DNA of 64,000 nucleotides, from contig CAWCKY010000006.1 in NCBI GenBank assembly GCA_963796275.1, forward strand, positions 1,472,001 to 1,536,000, written 5' to 3'. Made by a program: the position numbers and the translations under genes. This stretch comes from an uncultured Acidobacteriota bacterium (GTDB taxonomy: Bacteria; Acidobacteriota; Blastocatellia; RBC074). Shown here in pieces: positions 53,100 through 64,000 of this stretch; the first letter of the stretch is position 1; every line of letters begins with the position of its first letter. The notes beneath the pieces were generated by a model. It was not told the DNA's origin. It did no database searches and was given only the letters and a program-made list of their open reading frames with translations.

Positions 53100-54854
53100 A
53101 TGAATCAGATAAAACGAATCATTCACTCGACACTGGCCGGGACGCTGGTTGTATACGCATTCGCTCTCAGCATTCTGGTCACAGCACCGGTAATCGTTGA
53201 TTCCCAAGCGTCCGGAGTCGCCGAAGATCGGAACCGCTACGGCATAGCCAATAGTGATCTGGGCCTCAGGGGCCATGGGTTTGTCAGGAACAATGGGGTC
53301 TTCACCAAAATTGATGCGCCGGGCGCCAGCTACTTCACCGTGGCCTTCGGCATCGACGAGAATGGTAAGACGGTCGGCGGGTATGTCGATGGCGGAGGTA
53401 CGCTTCATGGCTTCCTGCTCGACCGGGGCAGGTTCTCCATGATCGATTATCCCGGCGCCAAGGCGACCTTCGCTGCGCGGATGAACGCTCAAGGGCAGAT
53501 CGTCGGCGCCTACAGCGATAAGCCGAACACGCCCGCTTTCACCTTACCCCATGGGTTTCTGCTACACAACGGCGTCTTCAAAAGTATCGATTTCCCCGGC
53601 GCCTCGCGGACCCAACCCTTCGGCATCAACAATCTCGGCCAGATAGTCGGCGAGTACGTCGATCAGAATGGGAGGTCACACGGGTTCCTATGGGATAACA
53701 ATGTCTTCACGACGATCGACGCACCAGGCGGCATGTCGACCATCGCCTTCGACATCAACGACAGCGGTCAGATTGTGGGCATCCCCTTCACTCGCTTAGT
53801 CATCGCTGGCTCAGGCCCCGCCTTCCTGCGAGACGCTAATGGAGTCTTCACTAAGATCAATCTCCCTGGCAGCTCGCGGGTCTTCCCCTACGGCATCAAC
53901 AATAAAGGCCAGATTGTCGGCGACTACATAGATGCCGTGGGTAATGCCCACGGGTTCTTGCTGGACAAGGGCGTCGTAACGAAAATCGCCGTCCCAGACG
54001 CGACAGGGATCAGCTTGGTCCACGACATCAACGAGGGAGGTCAGCTTGCCGGCGCCTATGACATCCTCTCTCACGGCTATCTCAAAGACACAAGCGGGAG
54101 CTTCACCACCATCGATCACCCGGACACCAACAGATTAACCGGAGAGCCTATTGGCATCAATAACCTCGGTCAGATAGTGGGCGGCTATGTCGATGCCGCA
54201 GGAACATTTCATGGGTTTCTGCGGGACGAACGCGGCTTCACCAAAATTGATTTTCCCGACGCCCTGGAATCCTTCTCGTCCAAGATCAACGAAAACGGGC
54301 AGGCCGTGGGTCGCTACATCGATCGCGAACGGAAAGTCCACGGTTTTCTGTTTGATAATGGCGACTACACCTCCATCGATGTCCCCCGCGCTCGGCTGAC
54401 TGAAGCGTTGGATATTGACAACAACGGCCGAATCGTCGGCCAATACCAAGACGACGACGAGGGAAGGAGGTTCCATGGATTTCTGCGCGTCAGCAGTGAC
54501 ACTTTCATCACCATCGACGCCCGCGTCCCCAACGTCATCGACACAGCAATCTATGGCGTCAATGACCATGGCCAGATGACAGGCCTCTACTCCGATTACA
54601 GCGGGATTCATGCCTTCCTGCAGAACCAGGATATCGTCACGAAAATCGATTTCCCAGGCGCCGAGGCAACCCAACCAACCAGTATCAACAACAGCGGTCA
54701 GATCGTGGGCTATTACATTGACGACGGGCGAGCCCATGGGTTCATGTGGGTCAATGGAAAGTTCACCACGCTCACCAACCACCCGGGCGCGCTCCTTGAC
54801 TCGGCTGCCTACGACATTGATGACCTGGGCCGGATTGTCGGCTTCTATTATTGA
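53100..54854 (+). CDS. Exported repeat protein (HAF-like extracellular repeats, about 12 units)
   Basis: Twelve roughly 43-aa units HGFL....G.FT.ID.PGA..T...GIN..GQIVG.Y; signal peptide; AAGGAG RBS. Confidence 0.88.
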   Translation: MNQIKRIIHSTLAGTLVVYAFALSILVTAPVIVDSQASGVAEDRNRYGIANSDLGLRGHGFVRNNGVFTKIDAPGASYFTVAFGIDENGKTVGGYVDGGGTLHGFLLDRGRFSMIDYPGAKATFAARMNAQGQIVGAYSDKPNTPAFTLPHGFLLHNGVFKSIDFPGASRTQPFGINNLGQIVGEYVDQNGRSHGFLWDNNVFTTIDAPGGMSTIAFDINDSGQIVGIPFTRLVIAGSGPAFLRDANGVFTKINLPGSSRVFPYGINNKGQIVGDYIDAVGNAHGFLLDKGVVTKIAVPDATGISLVHDINEGGQLAGAYDILSHGYLKDTSGSFTTIDHPDTNRLTGEPIGINNLGQIVGGYVDAAGTFHGFLRDERGFTKIDFPDALESFSSKINENGQAVGRYIDRERKVHGFLFDNGDYTSIDVPRARLTEALDIDNNGRIVGQYQDDDEGRRFHGFLRVSSDTFITIDARVPNVIDTAIYGVNDHGQMTGLYSDYSGIHAFLQNQDIVTKIDFPGAEATQPTSINNSGQIVGYYIDDGRAHGFMWVNGKFTTLTNHPGALLDSAAYDIDDLGRIVGFYY

Positions 54855-54911
54855 GCCCGGCGATTTCTAGCTAATGGTCTGCGATGAACTCACTGCTCAC
54901 AGCTGTTTTTC

Positions 54912-54944
54912 AGGGCCAGCATCGCAAGAGCTGGCCCTTTGGTT
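54912..54944 (+). terminator. GCAA-loop hairpin, terminator-like; insertion site of the intron remnant
   Basis: AGGGCCAGC-A-TC-GCAA-GA-GCTGGCCCT followed by TTGGTT. Confidence 0.75.
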
Positions 54945-55220
54945 GTGCGCCCGGCCGGGTGCACTCACTTGAAGGTGAAAGTCCTTTACCAACCCGACAG
55001 GGGGAATCGTTAGCCGAACAGCAAGGGAGGGTGTCCATCGCGAGATGGAATCTGAAGGAAGCTGTAAGCAAAGCGCAGGCCTGACGAACAGGAACTGCAG
55101 GGGCATCACATATGAACGAGCATTCCCCAGGTCATTCTTCGATCGGCTAGGTCTGGTGTCACGGGTAGATCAATTACGAAAGGTTCAATTTTCAGTGTGA
55201 ACCGCCGGATGCGGAACCGC
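54945..55220 (+). mobile_element. Internally deleted class IIC group II intron remnant
   Basis: 5' end GTGCGCCCGG directly after the hairpin; domain I-like GGTGAAAGTCC...GCGAG..GAATCTGAAGGAAG; then the maturase C-terminus [20 protein letters not shown]...* (55100-55200) and the domain V 5' arm GAACCGCCGGATGCGGAACCGC. Confidence 0.8.
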
Positions 55221-55221
55221 C

Positions 55222-56619
<1,398 letters not shown>

Positions 56620-56715
56620 GTTTTCCTCAAGAAGTTTCACCGCAAAAGTCACAAAATACAGATGATGCAAAAGGGGTCTCGTGTTCTGCGTTTTTGTGGT
56701 GGAACGCTCCTTTTT

Positions 56716-57990
56716 TTAGCGCGACTTGTAAATCGTCCCGCCTTTCATCACAAATTGAACCTTGCGAATACAAGAGATGTCACGTGTCGGATCGCCATCG
56801 ACTGCAATCAAATCGGCCAGCAATCCTTCTTTAACACGGCCGATCTGTTTTTCCATATGAAGAACGCGGGCATTGATCGATGTCGCTGATCGAAGCGCGC
56901 CCGCCGGCGACATTCCCAGTCGCACCATCGCTTCCAATTCGCGCGCGTTGTCGCCGTGCGCGAAGACCCCGGCATCGCTGCCCGAGGCGATTATTACGCC
57001 GGAGTCGAGCGCCGCCTTGAAACTGCCTTTCTTCTTTTCCTGATTGCCCACCGACAGGGTAGGGCAGAACGCCACGCCTTTCTCTTTCATCAGTTGAAAG
57101 ACTTCAGGAGTTCCCTCGTCGCCGTGTTCGATTGTATCGACGCCCGCGATACTGGCGCGGCGCATGCCTTCCGCCGTCGCGGCATGCGCCGAGACGGGAA
57201 CTCCCGCGCTGCCGGCTGTCGCAACGATGAGCCGCAATTCTTCGATAGTGAAGGTGGGAGATGCGCTGCCTCTGCCCCTGCCGGCGCCCCCGCCCCAGCG
57301 ATAATCCGCATAGACCTTGATCCAATCGGCTCCCTTGCCGATCTGGGTTCGGACGGCGCGAATCAAACTATCGACGCCATCGGCCTCTTCCGCCCCCTGC
57401 GGCACATCCCATTCGGCCGCGAATCCTTTCGGGCCGTAGGTGCCGCTTGCTACGATCGCGCGCGTGGCGATGAACATTCGCGGCCCAGGAATGACAGCCT
57501 GTTCCACAGCCTGCTTAAGCCCAACATCGGCAAAGTCCGCTCCCTCGGTCCCCAGATCGCGAATGGTCGTGAAGCCTGCCAACAATGTATTGCGGAGATG
57601 GTTGGTTGCGCGCGCCACCCGATAGCTCTGCGACTCGCGCGCGACTTGATCGTTCCACGGCGTTTCGCTGTAGGGGTGAAGCAACACGTGTGAATGAGCC
57701 TCAATCAGGCCAGGCAGTAATGTTGTTCCGGAAAGCTCAATTATTTTTGCATCAGCTGGGGCCTTGATTTCACCGATTTTACCGGTTGCCTCGATCTTCT
57801 CGCCTCGGACCAGCACAGCCATTCCCTCGATGATTTGCTGCGATTCGCTATCGAAAATTCGCGAAGGTTTGATGAGGAAAACGCCGGCTGGCTGATCTTG
57901 TATCGAGGCATTTGGTGATTTCGCCAGTGAGAAGGCAAAGACAAGTGCGAATAAGAAGGACACGAGTATTATCCATCTATCATTTACCAT
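56716..57990 (-). CDS. Amidohydrolase_1 family (prolidase-like) metal-dependent hydrolase, exported
   Basis: LPGLIEAHSH, GFTTIRDLG, GADWIKVYAD, AHA, TIEHG, GSDAG, GLLADLIAV.GDP; start uncertain (57990 or 58020). Confidence 0.88.
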   Translation of the reverse strand: MVNDRWIILVSFLFALVFAFSLAKSPNASIQDQPAGVFLIKPSRIFDSESQQIIEGMAVLVRGEKIEATGKIGEIKAPADAKIIELSGTTLLPGLIEAHSHVLLHPYSETPWNDQVARESQSYRVARATNHLRNTLLAGFTTIRDLGTEGADFADVGLKQAVEQAVIPGPRMFIATRAIVASGTYGPKGFAAEWDVPQGAEEADGVDSLIRAVRTQIGKGADWIKVYADYRWGGGAGRGRGSASPTFTIEELRLIVATAGSAGVPVSAHAATAEGMRRASIAGVDTIEHGDEGTPEVFQLMKEKGVAFCPTLSVGNQEKKKGSFKAALDSGVIIASGSDAGVFAHGDNARELEAMVRLGMSPAGALRSATSINARVLHMEKQIGRVKEGLLADLIAVDGDPTRDISCIRKVQFVMKGGTIYKSR

Positions 57991-57993
57991 TTT

Positions 57994-58119
57994 ACATTTT
58001 ACATTTGTCATTGGATTCACCGCGTTTCTTCGATGGATAAATAATAAATGTTCTGTTCATCTGTCACTTACCAATTAACATTTTACATTTGTCATTGGAT
58101 TCACCGCGTTTCTTCGATG
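57994..58119. repeat. Exact 42-bp direct repeat with 84-bp period
   Basis: ACATTTTACATTTGTCATTGGATTCACCGCGTTTCTTCGATG at 57994-58035 and 58078-58119. Confidence 0.85.
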
Positions 58120-58183
58120 ACAAATCACAAATCACAAATGATAAATGTAAAATGATCTTTGTTTTTGTGGATCTACTTTCAAG

Positions 58184-61471
<3,288 letters not shown>

Positions 61472-61746
61472 TGACACCTACCGGTAAGGGGACGCAATAT
61501 TTGAAATAATATTTCTTGATTTCTAGAGCGTTTGTAAGTTTATCGTCAGCTGAGTTTTTATTACAAGGTTTGAACGGCAAATATTGACGCCGTTTCGAAC
61601 AGGTAATATGGTTCTCCTTTCAACTGAGTCGGGGACACATTTAAGGGAAACAAAAAAACGAAAAGCCAAGAAGCGCAAAAAGTACAATAAAGTATCTTTT
61701 GCTCTTTATTGCCTATGCTGTTGTTCCAATTTGAAGGTTGAATCTA

Positions 61747-64000
61747 ATGCGAGAAAAATTTTTCACGAAGAATGTTAGAAGATCTCTGGCCATCTTAGGT
61801 TTCGCCCTTTTTCTGGCGGTTAATATGCAGTTTTCGGCTGCCAGTTTTCGTATTCCGGGTGTCGGTGCAATCTGGAAAACAGAAACCGTAAGCGTTACGC
61901 GGCAGGGGCCTGATGATTTCAAATCGGCGGTCGCGCCGATATTCGAGCGTAGCTGCACAATGTGTCACGGTGCGAGTCTCCAGCGCTCGGGCCTGGATCT
62001 GCGAAGCGAAGCGGCGATCCTGAAAGGTGGGGCGCGCGGGCCGGCGATCGTCCCCGGCAATGCCGAAAAGAGTCTTCTCTACAAATTGATATCACACAAG
62101 GAAGAGCCGGCAATGCCGATGGGGATGGACAAGCTGGCTGACGAAGAGCTTGCGGTGATCGCCAAATGGATTAACGGCCTTTCGCCCAGCCTGGCTTCCG
62201 CCGCCGCCGACGCTATTCCCGTGCGGGAACCCGGATACTCAATCACCGATAAAGACCGGAAGTTCTGGTCGTTCGTCAAGCCCTCGCCTCCGAAACTGCC
62301 AGCGGTGAAGAACCGCGCCTGGGTCCGCAATGATATCGATGCGTTCGTGCTGAGCCGGTTGGAGCAAAAAGGGATCAAGCCATCGCCTGCGGCGGAACCG
62401 CGCGCGCTGTTGCGCCGCGTATATTTCGATTTGATCGGGCTGCCGCCGTCGCCGGAAGAGGTTGCGGAGTTTTTGAAAGACCCCTCCGAAGCGGCCTATC
62501 TGCGTGTGATCGATAAATTATTGAGCAGCCAGCATTATGGCGAACGGTGGGGGCGCCACTGGCTCGACCTGGCGCGATATGCCGACAGCGGCGGATACGA
62601 ATTCGATGTAGATCGGCCGCACGCCTGGCGCTATCGCGATTATGTCATCAGGTCATTCAACGAAGACAAGCCCTACGATCAATTCATTCGCGAACAGCTC
62701 GCGAATGATCAGTTGAAGCCGGGCGACGCGGAATCCTTGATCGCGACCGGCTTCTGCCGCAACGGTCCGACCGTCGACAACGCCAACAACGAAGAGACGC
62801 GGATGGACGAGCTCGATGACATGGTGACGACAACCTCATCGGTCTTCATGGGGCTGACCGTCGGATGCGCGCGTTGCCACGATCACAAGTATGATCCGAT
62901 CCCGCAGCGCGATTACTATCGAATGCAGGCGGTTTTCTTTCCCTTCCAAAAAGCGGAAAAGGTGCTGGCAACGCAGACTGAGATTGATTCCTACAAGGCT
63001 AGACAGAAGGAGATCGACGCACTGGTCAGGCCGGTGAGAACCAAGATTTCGGCTATCGAGAAGCCGATCCGCGAAAAGTTACTGGCTGAAAAGGTCGAAT
63101 TTCACGTCCGGCTGGCGGAGATGAGCAACGGCTTCGGGGACAAAACCCGCGAGCTGTACCGGGAAGAGACCGCGAAACGATTTGCCAAGGACGTCAAGCT
63201 TCAGCCCGAAGAGATCGAAGCAGCGCTTCAGCCCGGTGATGCGAAGGCGCGCAGAGAGCTCATGAAAGAGGAAGAGAAAATCAACCAGACGCGCCCGAAA
63301 CCATTGCCATCGGCAATGGGCGTCACCGATGATGAAAAACCGGGCGTCGCACATCTGCTCAAGCGGGGCGATTGGCGGAACAAAGGTGATGCCGTTCAAC
63401 CTGGCTTTCCTGAAGTGCTGGCGGGCGGCACGAACATCGATACTCTAAATCGACGCAAACAACTCTCGGATTGGATCGCGAGCCCTGATAATCCACTGAC
63501 GGCGCGCGTCGCGGTCAATCGGATCTGGCAATACCATTTCGGTGCCGGGTTGGTGAAAACCCCGAGCGATTTCGGCGCCACCGGCGATCCGCCGAGCCAT
63601 CCGGAATTGCTCGACTGGCTCGCGCTCGAGTTCGTCAAGCGCGGCTGGAGCTGGAAGGCCATCCACCGTTTGATCCTGACGACGAACACTTATCGACAGT
63701 CGAGCCAGTTCGACCAACGGGGGGCCACCAAAGATCCGGAGAATCGTTGCTTGTGGCGCATGAATCCGCGGAGGCTGGAGGCCGAGGTCCTGCGCGACAG
63801 CGTGCTGGTGGCGAGCGGCAAAATGAATCGAACCATGTTCGGCCCGGGAATCTATCCGCGCATCGATCCCGACGTCATCAATACAGGATCGCGCCCGCGT
63901 TGGCCGCTGGATGCCAAAGAGGGGCCGGATGTTTGGAAGCGCAGCGTTTATATCTATGTCAAACGGTCCGTACTCCTGCCGTTGATCGAGGTCTTCGATT
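61747..64000 (+). CDS. Planctomycete cytochrome c + DUF1549 + DUF1553 protein, 3'-partial
   Basis: Not in the ORF track. Manual translation: [23 protein letters not shown]...CTMCHG...[20 protein letters not shown]...[11 protein letters not shown]...[14 protein letters not shown]; open to the window end. Confidence 0.9.
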   Translation, partial: MREKFFTKNVRRSLAILGFALFLAVNMQFSAASFRIPGVGAIWKTETVSVTRQGPDDFKSAVAPIFERSCTMCHGASLQRSGLDLRSEAAILKGGARGPAIVPGNAEKSLLYKLISHKEEPAMPMGMDKLADEELAVIAKWINGLSPSLASAAADAIPVREPGYSITDKDRKFWSFVKPSPPKLPAVKNRAWVRNDIDAFVLSRLEQKGIKPSPAAEPRALLRRVYFDLIGLPPSPEEVAEFLKDPSEAAYLRVIDKLLSSQHYGERWGRHWLDLARYADSGGYEFDVDRPHAWRYRDYVIRSFNEDKPYDQFIREQLANDQLKPGDAESLIATGFCRNGPTVDNANNEETRMDELDDMVTTTSSVFMGLTVGCARCHDHKYDPIPQRDYYRMQAVFFPFQKAEKVLATQTEIDSYKARQKEIDALVRPVRTKISAIEKPIREKLLAEKVEFHVRLAEMSNGFGDKTRELYREETAKRFAKDVKLQPEEIEAALQPGDAKARRELMKEEEKINQTRPKPLPSAMGVTDDEKPGVAHLLKRGDWRNKGDAVQPGFPEVLAGGTNIDTLNRRKQLSDWIASPDNPLTARVAVNRIWQYHFGAGLVKTPSDFGATGDPPSHPELLDWLALEFVKRGWSWKAIHRLILTTNTYRQSSQFDQRGATKDPENRCLWRMNPRRLEAEVLRDSVLVASGKMNRTMFGPGIYPRIDPDVINTGSRPRWPLDAKEGPDVWKRSVYIYVKRSVLLPLIEVFD

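Noticed and set aside
54884-55109. Small ORFs 54884-55084 (+) and 54897-55109 (-)
   Set aside because: They overlap the hairpin and group II intron RNA, which explain the sequence.
57994-58119. 42-bp repeat with 42-bp spacer as a mini CRISPR array
   Set aside because: Only two copies, similarity extends into the supposed spacer, it overlaps a gene start, and no cas genes are in the window.

Overview
This is a moderately GC-rich bacterial chromosomal window. Its gene content (DUF1549/DUF1553/DUF1501 proteins, an ECF sigma factor coupled to a Ser/Thr kinase, many exported hydrolases) suggests Acidobacteriota or a Planctomycetes-like lineage; that assignment is inferred. It has about 45 genes, including housekeeping glgA, trxA, trxB, purA, tag and thiS. 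The strongest candidate for a new system is a family of exported proteins fusing an N-terminal c-type heme domain (CxxCH ... MPP) to a PHM/DBM-like type II copper monooxygenase core (HH...H and HMH...EM). Four complete copies sit in tandem at 363-6849, next to a partial heme-domain relative at the left edge, and a fifth complete copy lies at 51.5-52.8 kb. Three copies carry a Cys-containing insert that co-varies with a second Cys in the other copper domain. Other notable items are a MacB-type permease with three different adaptor proteins and no adjacent ATPase, an internally deleted class IIC group II intron behind a hairpin, a truncated SET-domain chimera, and short-repeat hairpin elements, some of which have entered coding sequence. 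Four genes are broken by single-base insertions, most likely read errors. No rRNA, tRNA or CRISPR array was recognised. All domain calls come from motif reading only; no searches were run.
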